Source: Camelus dromedarius (taxonomy: Eukaryota). Taken from it: a DNA stretch of 64,000 bases. The stretch spans positions 116,314,001 through 116,378,000 of the forward strand of contig NC_087436.1 of assembly GCF_036321535.1 (NCBI RefSeq), in the 5' to 3' direction. This document shows positions 38,296-50,520 of this stretch, in pieces. The translations under genes were made by a program, and so were the position numbers. The notes beneath the pieces are model-generated. The model had not been told where the DNA came from. It made no database searches and saw only the letters and a list, made by a program, of their open reading frames with translations. Each line of letters opens with the position of its first letter. Positions within the stretch are counted from its first letter, which is position 1.

Positions 38296-38843
38296 AAGAA
38301 TTAAAAGGACGTTTCACACCTAACAAAGGGCATCTCTTTAAAAACAGTATAAAATTTAATAGCAAATATAAGTCTTACTTATTTAAGGTTGGGAACACAA
38401 TAGAGATCTTTTAAAAGCTGTGAATATACCTATTCAATACTGTACTTGAAATCCAAAGTAGTGCAGTAAGTCCAGAAATAGAAGCAAAAGACACAGGAAC
38501 TGGAACATAAGAATTAAACTGCTGTTATTTTCAGATAATGAAATTATCTATGAAAAAATGACCATGAGAATTTGGAATTTAGAAGCTTTTCAGTTTAGTA
38601 GGGATACTGATACAAAATCAATATTCAGGTGTCACGTGTGTTTTTCTACACATGCAACAACCAGTGAAAAGTGTAATAAAAAAGAAATCATGTATAATAG
38701 AGAGAAAAACATGTGCCTAGAAATAAATTTAACAAAACATTACAAGCCTTTTATGAAGAAATCACAAAATTATATTGAAATGCCTAAATATATTTATCTG
38801 AATGTTGTGTAAGATAACCTCATATGCTGTGAAGATTGTATTT

Positions 38844-39318
38844 TGTTGACAAAGAAAAATACACAATGTTAAGAGTTGTGAGTTTAAGTTTTATTCAGGT
38901 CTTACTGAGGACTAGCATGGGAGACAGCCACTCAGCACTGTGGAATTGTTTTGAAGAGGTAGGGGAGAAGCCAGTTTATATATGATTTTTTTTTTTTTTT
39001 TGGCTAGTAAATACATGCAACCAAGCTTACACCTGTGTAAAAAATACATATATACTGCTAAATGTAAAGAATAAATATCTCCAGTTAATGATTTTAGTGC
39101 TTTCCTGTGGGGTTGATGCCCAAATCTAGGATCACTGAAATTCTTCCTGAGATGTGCATCTAACTAAGGAGAGTTTATCTGAACTCAGGTGCCTTGTCCT
39201 ATTTATCAACCTGAATTCCTCACAAGTTGCACTGTCAGTGGGCAACTGCAATGGCTAACAACTTAGCCTCTGTAGAACTGAGTGGTGAACAATGCTCTTT
39301 GGGTCTTCTTTGTTCACA
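38844..39318 (-). mobile_element. ERV1-class solo LTR (cetartiodactyl type)
   Basis: tgttgac...gttcaca ends; minus-strand TATAAA (38975-38980) upstream of AATAAA (38890-38895). 'gtat' flanks both sides (left copy offset by 2 T). Confidence 0.85.
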
Positions 39319-39789
39319 GTATCCACACGGGAAAACATGACATTGGATTTCTATTTCACAATATTCAAAACTCGTGTTGTTAAATTATTTTTATGTGAAA
39401 GGAAAAGCTACACAACTTTATAAGACAATATGGGAGATTATCTTCATGACTTCAGGACAGAAAAAGATTTCTTAAAACATAAACCATTAATCAACAGATC
39501 GATAAGTATAAGTACATTAAATTTAAAACTTTTTTGATTAAAAGATGTCATAAAGAAGGAAAAGACAAATCAAAACTGAAAGAAGGTACTTGTAACACAC
39601 AAGTCTAATAAAGGATTTGTGTACAGAATATATGAATACTCTATGGAATAATATGAAAAAGGCAAAATTACCCAAAGAAGTGAGGAAAAATGGCATAAAG
39701 GTGATAATGAAGAAGTGACCTTGGAGTTTTTAAGAAAAAGAAATTCCCCTTTGTCTGGGTCAATGAAAGGAAGTGCGAGAAGGTGATGG

Positions 39790-40270
39790 ACAAAGTAGTT
39801 GGAAGGAAGGCAACCAGATATAAAGCTCTGGGGAGCTATAAGGATTTTCAAGTTTATTATTAAAAATACAATTGGAAGCCAATGAAGGCTTCCAAACAGG
39901 GAAATGATGTAGATTGATATAATTTTTTAAAAAAAGATTTTGTTGATCATTATCCAAGGCTGCAGCAACATTGAAAAAGAGTGGTAAGAGGATACTTTTA
40001 AGGCTGGAGAATGGCTTCATCCAGGGAGGGACAGAGGACATGGCAATGCGGGCAGTGTTATGAAGCTCAAGTCCAGAGGATCGGCTGATAGATTAAACAG
40101 GAGATGGAAATGATGTTGAAAAAGAAACGAAGATGCTTTCTGGAATTTGAGATTAACTAGGGTTATGCTAGTGCCAACTGAAGAGCTGGGAAAATCTGGA
40201 GCAAGTGTTGGAAGGGAAAATCTGGGGTTGCGTTTTGGACTTGTAAGGTTTGAAATGCCCACTAGGACTA
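39790..40270 (-). mobile_element. L2 fragment
   Basis: attggaagccaatgaaggcttccaaacagggaaatgatg...ttttggacttgtaaggtttgaaatgcc matches antisense L2. Confidence 0.8.
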
Positions 40271-40289
40271 CTTCTTTCATGGGTCGATA

Positions 40290-40625
40290 GCCAAGAAAGT
40301 TAGCATGTGGGGTCTTAAAGACTACAGGCTTTGAAGTCAATTGGACAAACATTTAAAGGTAGATTCTTGTCACTTGCAGTGTAGACATGGACACACTTTT
40401 CCTTTATGAGCTTTTTTGATTGTTTTCCTCATCCTCAATGGTTATCATGAAGTTTAAATGTTATGGTATATTTTACATTCTTGGCAACTTGTAGGTACTT
40501 AAATACTAATGAGTTTCATCCCCTTCCAAAGTTTATGATGAGAAAACTGAAGCTCAGTGAAGGGACAAAGTCTATTAGAAGTTATACACTTGGGAGTAAA
40601 CACCTCTTTTACTGATTCCAGTTTC
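40290..40625. mobile_element. Two MIR fragments (plus ~40290-40505, minus ~40520-40625)
   Basis: caggctttgaagtca...tttcctcatc; gatgagaaaactgaagctcag. Confidence 0.6.
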
Positions 40626-41196
40626 AATTGATTTTTTTCGAGATCTCCTTTTTGTACTTACACCCTCAGGCTGGTAGGTAATGAGGGGACAAATTTTGCT
40701 ATCTTTTCAATGGCGTAACCTGCTATGAGAGGTGAGCATTCTTGCATCCAAGTGACACCCATGTGGGAGGGAGCAAGAAGAAAAGTTCAGGCATTGGAAA
40801 GAAGGTAGGGCATGTGGGGTCAAAACATGATGATCTGTGGCAGGTCAGATTCAACAGTTAATGACCACCTTTATTTTAAGAATTCAGTTCCACTTACCAG
40901 AGCCAACGGCTTGTCCTCTTCCTTTGAAAGTTACCAATGAGATTAATTTCTTCATTATTATTTTGAGAGAGAAGAAAAAAATAGGCTTTGTTTGCTTTCA
41001 TCTTCATACTCAAACGAAAGCCAAAGTAAAGGTAAATACTCACAAAAGAAAGGGGGAAAAATTGAACGTGTGGGTAAGACAAAATGAATTAATTTTATGG
41101 AATGAGTTTTTAAATCGTTTAAAAAATGTATTTCAAAATATACCTCTGATTTCCAATGGCATACTGTTTCAGATTGGTAAACTTTGTGGGTCACTA

Positions 41197-41368
41197 TTTT
41201 TTTTTTCTCCTTTTCGTCCTTCCTCCCTCCATCCCTTCATCTCTCCCTTCCTTCCCTTTCCCTTTTTCTCCTTCCTTTCTGTCTTTCCACCCTCCCTCCC
41301 TCCTTTTCTTCCATCCTCCCCTCTTTGTTAGCTCTCTCTCATCTGTCTCTGTCTCTCTCTCTCTTTCT
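41197..41368. repeat. Polypyrimidine (CT-rich) low-complexity tract
   Basis: About 170 nt almost entirely C/T on the plus strand. Confidence 0.9.
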
Positions 41369-41669
41369 GTCATCAACCCAGAGTTTTAACAATGACATTT
41401 CAGAGTGCAAGGTGAGTGACCACTCTTTGAACATTTGCCTTACTGTCTTCTTTTATGGCACTTGGAGATAAAGTTGTCCCTTTAATACTTGAAAATGCGA
41501 AATTGGTATGGTAGGCAAATGTACTATTGTCAGGCGTGGTATATGTACCATTTGCCTGATGGAGTAACAAACGTTAATCTGGGTTCACACTCCAGTTTTA
41601 ACTTTCCCTTGCTGTACCATCTTGCAAAAAACAAACAAACAAACAAACAAAAAAAAAACACTTTGAGTC

Positions 41670-42150
41670 TGTTACGTAAGTGGGCCAAAGACAGCCCCTG
41701 TTTATTAACCTAAATCTTACATGTACAACTGTTACATATATATAGGAAAGAAAATCTGAATAAATGCATTTTAGCCATCTAGAGCTTATGTACTTTTCCC
41801 ACAAAACTGGACCCAACATCTGCCACCCAACCACCAATGAGACAAGCCTTATAGCTAGATCCCAACCGCTGCCTCTCTTAGGAGCTATTGATGTACAAAC
41901 CTCATCTGCTGCCGAAAGACAAGTGGCATCACCTAGACATGGAAGCTCCATCTGTGATTTGCTCTTCTCCCTTGGAAGGAGCTTGCTCTAACCCTCAAAA
42001 CACTATGTGCTGTTGTCTCTGGAAGATCTCTTGGTGGGAGGGACTCTGCCCATCTAACTCTGTCCAGGCACAGCCCAAAAAAGCGATGTTACTGCTTTTT
42101 GTGACTCTGTCTCTCTTTAGATTAACCCTGAAACCCTTGAACTCATCACA
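41670..42150 (+). mobile_element. MER74-type ERVL LTR
   Basis: tgttacgtaagtgggccaaagacagcc...ggcatcacctagaca...tgtctctggaagatctc...gagggact...cccttgaactcatcaca matches the recalled MER74 consensus; TG..CA ends. Confidence 0.75.
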
Positions 42151-43086
42151 GGAGCTTTCATAAAATAAGGAAATATTATTTACCCAGCGTGGCTTTTGGA
42201 AAGAGCCTAGTATCACACCAGAAGTTTAGGTGGAGGTCATTAAATGAAATACGCTTCTCCTTATAGTTGATTTCTATGTTGTGCCACTTGTACCAGAGAG
42301 AGGAAAGAGAAGAGGCGATAGTAATTATTTTGTCATTTACTTAAACATTTTAGAATTGCCTGTTCTGGGCTGGAGGAACAAAGCTGCAGGATTGGACTGA
42401 GCTGTTTGGATCAGATGGCTTTTTCAAAGTTATTGATTGGAATCTACCAAATATCCATATTTCTTAGCATTCTGAGGGAGCAGCCTTGAAGACAGCGAAA
42501 CTCATTCAGTGTCATTTTCCATTGAGTAATAGTTATCAGAGATGACAAACTGACTTTTACTGAGACAGTATGAGAAATATTTTCCAAGTGCAGATTAGTG
42601 AATAAGTAGCTTTCTCTTTTCCCTCTAGTGATGAGGATGGACGAGGAAATGAGCAAAACAAGCAGCTGTTGTCTTCTTAGAAGGGCTGTGGCACAGGAAG
42701 TTCCGGGGGTGATGGACAGACACAGGACAAGGAGCCATTCAGAACGGAGGGAGCTCAAGGCACACATGACCTCGGTTGAATAACAAAAATGTTTCTGTCC
42801 CAAAGGATATCAAAATATTGAAACTGGATTTTTGTACTTGCAAAAATGTAGTGGCTTACTAGACACAAAAGCTCACTTCCTCTCAGAAGTCCTCTCTAAC
42901 TTCCCCTATACCCATAGCAGGACTGGCTGCACTCTGTCACAGTTGCAGGCTTTCAATGGAATGTTTTTGGTATACCCAATAAAGGTGTATATTTGGACTC
43001 TCATTCACTATCTCTGTCACCTTAGAGAATTTTCAAAATCCTTTAGAGACAGTTTCTGCCTTTAAAAAAAAAAAACTGAAATATCT

Positions 43087-43229
43087 CAGACATACCTCAA
43101 AGATACTGAGGGTTTGATTTCCAGACCACCACAATAAAGCAAATATTGCAATAAAGTGAGTCACACAATTTTTTGTGTTTCCAATGCATATAAAAATTTT
43201 GTTTGCACTATACTGTAGTCTATTAAGTG
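43087..43229 (-). mobile_element. Tigger1 terminal fragment (one TIR end)
   Basis: cagacatacctcaaagatactgaggg...ccagaccaccacaataaagcaaatattgcaataaagtgagtcacac...cactatactgtagtctattaagtg. Confidence 0.93.
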
Positions 43230-46220
43230 AGCCCCTGGGACTCATACTATTCATCAGGCCAGGATTCCTGCACGTGTCCACTGACAGTTACAACGAGGCA
43301 AGGAGTGCCAAGATTCCTCCCCACTGACCACCTTGTTTCCATCCAGTCTTCCTTTACACATTGTTGAAAAAACACTCCACTTTTTCCTGCTGATCAAAAT
43401 CAATTACCACTGGCAAGATGGTGATTCGTCTTCGTGCCAGGAGGACTCTTTGGACCCAAGGGCCATTAAAGTTCCCAGACAGCCACCAGAGCATGTGGTC
43501 CAATGGTCACTTGCTGTTTCGTAGTAAAGTATAGCCCCTTGGGAAATCAGGAACTCTAATTCTGGAGAGCCTAGAATTTTGGGGACAAGGGAACACAACG
43601 TCCCCCTGTGGATGTCTAAGGTGACAGTGTGTGGAAACCCTCCTGCTTCCATTCCCTTGGTCCCACCTCCCCTCCTGATTACAGAGGTCTCTGATTTATG
43701 CCAATACTGTGCTCTGAATAAGGACACCCCAAACTTCCAAAGAATTGTCTCCAAACAGATGCCACTACTGTGTCTTCACTAAGCTGTTTTAACATTCTAT
43801 CAAGTCAATTGCCTTTCCTTTTAGCTTTCTATCTAGCTGGGATGAAATTGGCTACTGCCCAGAAATCTTTAAACATATAGAATATATATATATATATATA
43901 GAATTTATATATTGAATATATATATTCTCATCACAAAATATTTCTCCTCGCACACAAAGGATAACCAGATTCAGTATTCATATTTCTATCCATTGGAAAA
44001 CATTTTCCTCTCTACCGTCTTTCAGTGCCACCCTTTGGTGTGGCTCTTAGGCAACCACCATCTGTTTTTGATTTGCATGCACATCCCAAGCTGACATATA
44101 CATCAACCAAGCTTGGATATTTTCCTCTCCTTTCAAGTGGTCATATGGTACCTCCCTGCCACACACACACACACACACACACACACAATTATAAGTGTGA
44201 ACTGGAAGAGGGGGGCAGTAATGGTGCCACTGTGTTCTGTAACAATGAGTCTGGAACATTTGGACATGAAGCTTGTTCATGGCATTTGATTTTGCTTGGT
44301 CTTATTCCTAGATATGTCATTTTCATCTTATAATGAACTGCTGGACTGCTGCTAGATTCCACAGTTATGGATTGTCTAACTTTTACATTGGCAGGGCTGA
44401 CAGAATCCGCTCATAATGGGCAGGATGTGTGATGACTTGTGCTCCATGATCAAGTGCCCCATCTCTATTGCATCCCGTAACATGTCAGGAGTTCTTTCTT
44501 GACTAGTTACAATTCTTTGCTGCAGATAGCATGCCCTGGCTTTAGAGCCTTAGGGGTCAGCATCTTGATTCTCCTGCTATGACCATACTCGATACTGCAT
44601 CTTTTCCCACTATCAGCACCTCCAGCACTGTAGGGTCTGCTGAATGTATGGCCCAAGTTGTAAGTCTACTTATATCATTGACCAGGCCAACCAGGATTCT
44701 CTTTTTCTCATTCTAAATGAAAGGCCATAGACTCCTTTTTGGAAGAACTAAGGGCATCTCTACTGTGGACATGTGCTGTGTGGTGTCCATTCTACAAAGG
44801 CAAGGAGTTCTGGATCTGAAAATTATCTCAGGTCCAAGAACTGAGCAATGATCCATGACTTTTTTTTTTTTTTAATTGGAGCAATTGTCCCCAGCCTTAG
44901 GCACCTTCATTTTTATCTTCTTCTGAGAGCAGATGTGAGGCAACCCCTTCATTGCCAATCTGTCTATTTTGTCTCTAAGGATATAATATTTTATGAACTG
45001 TATCTAAGACTCCGGGTCAAGATCCCTCCCTCCACCCTCATGGGCTGTAATGGGAACTGCAGCCCCTAATACTAAATGTTAAGTGTTGCCACCTGGCCTC
45101 CATGAATATTAATAAGCCCAGCTCTGTGATGACTCTTCCACCACCCACCTTGCTCTTTACAGGAGAGTCACCAGGGAAATTACCAGAAATGCCACTGCCT
45201 GTCTCACAAGCCTAGTTCTGACTGTGCTGATGAATGGATGTGAATGAGCCTTTGGTGGAATATCCCCTTCTGGTGGATCTTCTAGCGCCATGTAACACGG
45301 TCGTTTTGCTATGCCCACTTCTCTCAGCCTCTTTCTTCCTTCCTCTACTGCTGCTCACAGCAACTCAGGAAATTCTGCTTTATCCAGAATGGGGCGTCAC
45401 CTTCTCCAGGCTTCAGGGAGCCCTACATTCTGATACCGAGGGTTAGATACCATGTCATGAAAAAGTGCTTCAGGACAATGAGTTGTTTCTTGCCCAGGCT
45501 TCTGTTCCGACCAGGTTGATCAAGCACTCTTAAAATCGAGATTCAGAGATACTCCCCTGGCTCCTGCCAGTGTTCACTAGGTGATATTCACAGCTCTTTT
45601 AGGGTATAATATCTTGTATTGCTATCAGACCCAGCAAATCCCAAGCTGACCCTGATAGAGTGAGATTTATTCATAGTCATTGGTTTATCACCCAAAGAGA
45701 GCAGCCCAAAGCAGCTCCAGAGAGATCTCACAGTTTTGTTGGGGAAAGGCCTTTGTAGGATCTTCCTGCACAGGGGAGATGCTTTAGGCTACATCAACTC
45801 TGAAGCCACTGATGGTCCAGGTGAGTGTGCAGAACTGAAATCCTTAGGAGCACCTGTCCAGATGCCCCGCTCCAGTTTACAGGGCCCCAGGTTTTTCCAA
45901 CCAGGACCTTTATGTTAGCAAAACAGACCTGCTTTGACTGAGCGTATGTCTCTGGAGCCCTCCGCTGTGCCTGTCGAATCCTGTGCTTGTTCCTCTGCTG
46001 TGTCTGCTCTTCCCCCACAGAAGACTGGGACCTTCTAGGGAAGGTGGGATTACAGAGACAGCGTATAGCTTCACCAAGATCCCATGGACCCTCAGCCTAG
46101 TCAGCAGTGGGTGGTTGCCAGACTCTCACAGTCTTGACGAACAGTGGACTTGGGGTTTTTAAGTGATTTGGGGCAATACCTAGTGATCATGCATTTTGTC
46201 TCTGAGTATGATGGTACCAG
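43230..46220 (-). mobile_element. ERV-L class (ERVL/ERV3-16A3-like) internal remnant: gag, partial pol and dUTPase-like end; heavily decayed
   Basis: Minus-strand translations: HWQEPGEYL*ISILRVLDQPGRN (45504-45572, gag); QFLDLR*FSDPELL (44802-44843); LGPY (44646-44657); QQFIIR*K*HI (within 44260-44343); VPYDHLKGEENIQAW (ORF 44047..44280); LIEC*NSLVKTQ (43768-43803, integrase); LVPKILGSPELEFLI (ORF 43404..43754). All are collinear with HERV-L proteins as recalled. Confidence 0.88.
44160..44187. repeat. (CA)14 microsatellite within ERV-L pol
   Basis: Seen directly in the sequence. Confidence 0.97.
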
Positions 46221-46539
46221 AAGTGAGAATAATGAAAAGCAATGCACTGTGGTGTATTTGACTTTGCAAGGGGATCTCCAGATCTAGCCGGTAAATCTTC
46301 AGGGGTAGTGACGTTCATTTCTCAACCAGACACACAGGGTAGCAGTCATTTCCACAGTTTGGATACTGTTAGGTGATTCCTGAGGGAACATATCTGGGGA
46401 ACAAAATTCAATCAGGTGTCTTTTCTGCAGGACTTCTTGGAAATTTCTTTTGTTGCTTCCATGAGTATTGTGAAGAGCACAGGCAGTATTGAACATGTGC
46501 ATTTTCCAATAACATCTTTCTTTGATGGGCCATTAGACA

Positions 46540-46710
46540 ACATTGAATCGAGGAGTCCTGTATCTGTCACTCACTGGCTGTATGGTTGTCAGCTAAATGG
46601 CTCGACCTTTCTGACTTTCCATAGCCCCATCTGTAAAATGGGAAGACTGCCCCCAGCCATGCTTGCTGATCTCCTTTCATCAGAGGATAGAGGTTGCATA
46701 TGTGACCACG
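46540..46710 (+). mobile_element. MIR SINE
   Basis: cactcactggctgt...ccccatctgtaaaatggg. Confidence 0.65.
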
Positions 46711-49700
46711 CTGAGTGTTAGGAGGGGAGGCAGCCTCAGCTCGCAGCAGGTGAGGGCTAGAGTCAGGCAGCAAATGAGAGCAGAGAGGTTCCATGGACCT
46801 GCACCAGCCCTGGAGCGTCTGTTTCTGGTTAGCAGTGATATCTCACTTTCCTGCAGAAATGAGAAGAGTGTGTTTAGAAATGTTTAGAGCAATATGATAG
46901 TGCTCTGATAGCTAGGCTTGTGATCAGAGGAATTCCCCAACTTTTATTGTATTTTGCAAAAAACAAACTGGAGAAATAACAAAACAAAACTGGTTCCCTC
47001 CTCAGATAGTTTGAGAGGTATGGCTCTCCAGCATACAAAATCCCCCACTCAAAGAGACTTTTAAATATTAGATAACCACAAAAACGTGTTTCCTTTTCAA
47101 TATTTGAAAACTCTTTCTTTTGAAAGCTTTTCCCAAGCTCGAGCTTACTTGGATATGGCCTTTGTGCCACAGACACACAACGCCTTTAAAACGCTGCAGG
47201 CAAACTCACTGTTTATGCACAAAGAACAAGAGCAGAGCCCAGGGTGAGATGGAGAGGCCTCAGATGTCCAGCCACTTGTCTTTCTATGCTTTCTCTCTTG
47301 ATTTATCTTTCTCTAATATGTTTAGAGTTGCCCGTTCTCAGTGAAGGACTCCTTCCCCTGCCCACAGCATTTAGCACCCCTTTGCCTATTTAGTTTACCC
47401 TGGTGACACACCCTTAACAAATCTTGTCATACGTCTGTCCCATGCCATTGTTTTTGTATCCAAGAAGGGACAAGAGGACTTGTGCTGAATCAGCACTATT
47501 GCAAATCCTGCCTGAAGAGCAGGGCATGGCTTGGATCAGGGCCTGAGAGGGATATGGATTATGGGAGAAATAGTGACTACTATGATTCAGTGGAGAGAAA
47601 AGACACGATTTCCAAAAAAATGACACCAGATGCTGACAATGAAAAGTAGGTCAAGTCCCAGGCTAGTATGCAGTCAGGGGATGAGACCAGTGGAAAATCC
47701 TTCTGCAAGGGTAAAAAAAAAAAAAAGAAAAGAAAAGAAAATTCAGAAAAAGAGGCTGGAGTCCAAGGATATTCACAATGCAGAGCTTCCCCAGGCGTCA
47801 GACAGCATCTGGCCCGCAGGGTGGACTCTGCCCTCCTCTGCATTGAACCCGCTTCTTGTGGAGACTTAACGTCTTGTCTGGAATCTAGTAATCACCTTAC
47901 CAAAGCCCACTTTCCATTCGTCCAGGTGCAGTTCGGGAAGCAACACCAGGGTGTCTGTCTCCTGTTCCTCCTGTTATGTGTCTGTGTGAAGGCTGATATT
48001 TCTGATCTAATGGATTTTTGGCTATAAAACAGAGAGTCTGAGAAATAAGTGTCCTCAATCTTAGCATAATGTAGACTGCTTAATGCCTGTAAGATGGAGA
48101 GTGCACAGTCACATATGACAGGTTATGAAGACACGGTGGATTTCATGTTCTGAGATGGGCCGGCACCAGAGGTTCACACAAAGAAAGATGACAAAGGAAA
48201 AGTAACACGTCAAAGAAGGAAGATGCAAATTTACGCACAATAAGTCTGCTGCTGTCAGAAGCTCAGAGTCTGTCAAGAGAGATAGCGAAGCTTGATTGCA
48301 TGCACATTATGAAAAGGGTTTTAGACAAATATTTTTGTACATACCAGGTATTTCTGTGTAAGTTAGGAGAAACAGGAAAAATTACTTTCAACCTGGTGTG
48401 AAGTTTTCTTTTCTGATTCTCCATCCATTTATCCATCCATCCACACACTCGCCTGTCCGTCTATTCATTCATCCGCTCATCCATCCAGACACTGGCTACC
48501 ATATCTCCTCCTTCAAGTTTTCCTTTGCACTGTTGCTGTAGATATTCCTCTGCTGTTACTCCTACATCTTCAGTAATGTGGGAGGAGACAGTGAACAAAA
48601 TATACTTCAGATTATTGTTAATAAGTGAATCTAATTTAATTTAACAAGGAAAACTTCATCTTAATCAAGTCAGGAAAAACCCAAGCATTTTAGAGTTTTC
48701 TCAGCCAAGATGAGGGTTTTCATCTGCTCTTAATCATGTCTTTGGGTTGATTTTAACTTCAAACTTCAGGGCAGTGGGCCATGCCAATCACATAAGTACA
48801 GGGGCTTATGGTCCTTCCTTGCTGAAATCTATTCACTTTTCTATCTGCTAATTTTATTTATGCTCTTCCTGGTCCTCACCCATTGGTCCGTGGTGTTTTT
48901 TCTTAATCCTCTCCTCCTTACCCTGAGGGTACTCATCCAACTTGCTAACATCTGCACCCTTCCCAAGGACATGGGACACTTGAACATTCTCTCCTCTAAC
49001 CTTTTGAGTATTCAACCGCCCAGCTCAGACCCTCTTTTACTGCACATGCAACACAACATTATTGACTATACATACCTCTGTCAGTCTCTGCAAGGAAATC
49101 TTGCAAGATTTGCAACCAATCCTGCCACTAATTGTGTTCAGAACAATGAATCATGTGGTTTTTGATCATGAGGTCCTTAAATCTGTCCATATAGTCTATA
49201 TTTTGCAGATCCGTCGTCTTGCCCTTCCCATGGATCAAAAGAGGAGAAGAATTTGGGCTCAGGTTTCTTTTAGGGACCCGTGTTTAACCTTTTGTTTACC
49301 TTCATACATTTTCTTCTTCTCCTGCCAACGGGAGCTTTATTAAATTTAGAGTGAGGAAAATAATTCCTTTTCATTGAATGTTCTTCAGTCTATTAGATGA
49401 AATGCATATTTTATGTCCTGAGTCTTTCAGTATTTATGAAACCCCCAAATTATAAGAATTTCTTGGAAATAAAACATTGACTTCCAGAATCTTATGTATG
49501 CCACGGTTTTCATCAAAAGGCTATTTGGAAAATCACAGCTGAGTATTGACATTGAGTGCGCTTGTGCGTGCAGGTGTATGTGTGTGTGTGTGTGTGTGTA
49601 TTTCCTACTAAAATAACCCTATTCCTAGGCATGTATGCTCATAAGCCTATGCAGACCCATAGAAGTGAGGTGGAGGAGTCTTAATGTCTATCATCACCTT

Positions 49701-49799
49701 ATAACACGTGCTAGGCTTAGCACAACCTGGAGTCTTACTTCATCTCTCGCAGCAACACACAACTCTTACTCTGTGCCCAACTTTATCTACTGTCTCAGA

Positions 49800-50170
49800 T
49801 CTGCTGAAACCTGCTGTGTTGCACTAAGACTTCATGACTTTGAACAAACTCTATCTTTGTTGTAAACTCCTTTGTCTATATGGAAAACTACTATTCATTC
49901 TTTCAAAACCAACTCAAGAGTTTTAGAGATTTTTTTCCCTTTGAAAGCTGCCCTGATGTTTCTAAACTAAATTGAACACTTTCTTACCACTAAAACCTCT
50001 ATTTGAAACTTACTACAAACTGTAGTCATTTTTTTTTTCTGATCTCCCTCCCTCCCACCCACCTGGACTGTGCGTATCTTAAGCCGTGGCTCTCTTTTAT
50101 ATATCAATATCTGCGTCTCCAGTGTCTATGCACACATGGAACATAACAGGTACTTAGCAATTAGAGGAAG
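49800..50170 (+). mobile_element. L2 3' fragment
   Basis: aactactattcattctttcaaaaccaactc...ctggactgtg...tctccagtgtcta...caggtacttagcaa. Confidence 0.7.
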
Positions 50171-50275
50171 AAATGAAGGGAGAAAAGAAGGTTGAGTTTC
50201 TGAGACAGAATGAGAAATAAAGGGAAGAAAAAGTAGTTTATTTTATGCCTTGGAGAGTAAAGTACTAGTAAGTAA

Positions 50276-50520
50276 AAAACAAACAAACAAACAAACAAAC
50301 AAACGAAACACTAACATTTGTCTCCAACCTACGTTGTACTAGCTACTTACTTTACTTAGATTATTTCATCAAACATGACAATTTTATGCCCTCAGTTCAC
50401 AGGTGAGGACCCCAAGGCACAGAAAAGTGAAAAGACTTATTCAAGATTCTTCATCCAAAAGAAAATGGACCCAAGCTAGGGATCCAGAGAAACTCGATCT
50501 TGGAATCCACATCCCTGTCC
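50276..50520 (-). mobile_element. MIR SINE with (AAAC)n at its tail
   Basis: ctaacattt...cacaggtgaggaccccaaggcacagaaaagtgaaaagactt. Confidence 0.7.

Larger units (their letters stand above)
33450..39720 (+). mobile_element. Ancient L1M(D/E)-type element (5' region, ORF1, ORF2 pieces) interrupted by three later insertions
   Basis: A-rich plus strand with ORF1-like motifs (aatgaactggaagata, ttcaagaattgttgaaa, gaattgaccaccagcag) at 34.1-35.1 kb. ORF2-like pieces lie at 35.3-35.4, 35.66-36.0, 38.3-38.8 and 39.3-39.7 kb in collinear order. Confidence 0.75.

Noticed and set aside
40837..41471. Longest ORF (164 aa) and overlapping ORFs
   Set aside because: They stay open because of AT-rich and CT-repeat composition; the F/P/S/L-rich translation has no recognisable domain.
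44260..45572. APOBEC3-type hypermutation of the ERV-L (several Trp codons read TGA)
   Set aside because: Only about three cases were seen, and other Trp codons are intact (RSLWPF) or changed differently. This fits ordinary decay; a formal G-to-A context test against the consensus would be needed.
44800..46150. Domesticated Fv1-like gag gene
   Set aside because: In-frame stops are present and there is no long ORF on the minus strand.
41670..46220. MER74 LTR as the LTR of the ERV-L internal region
   Set aside because: It is in the opposite orientation and separated by ~1 kb of unrelated DNA.
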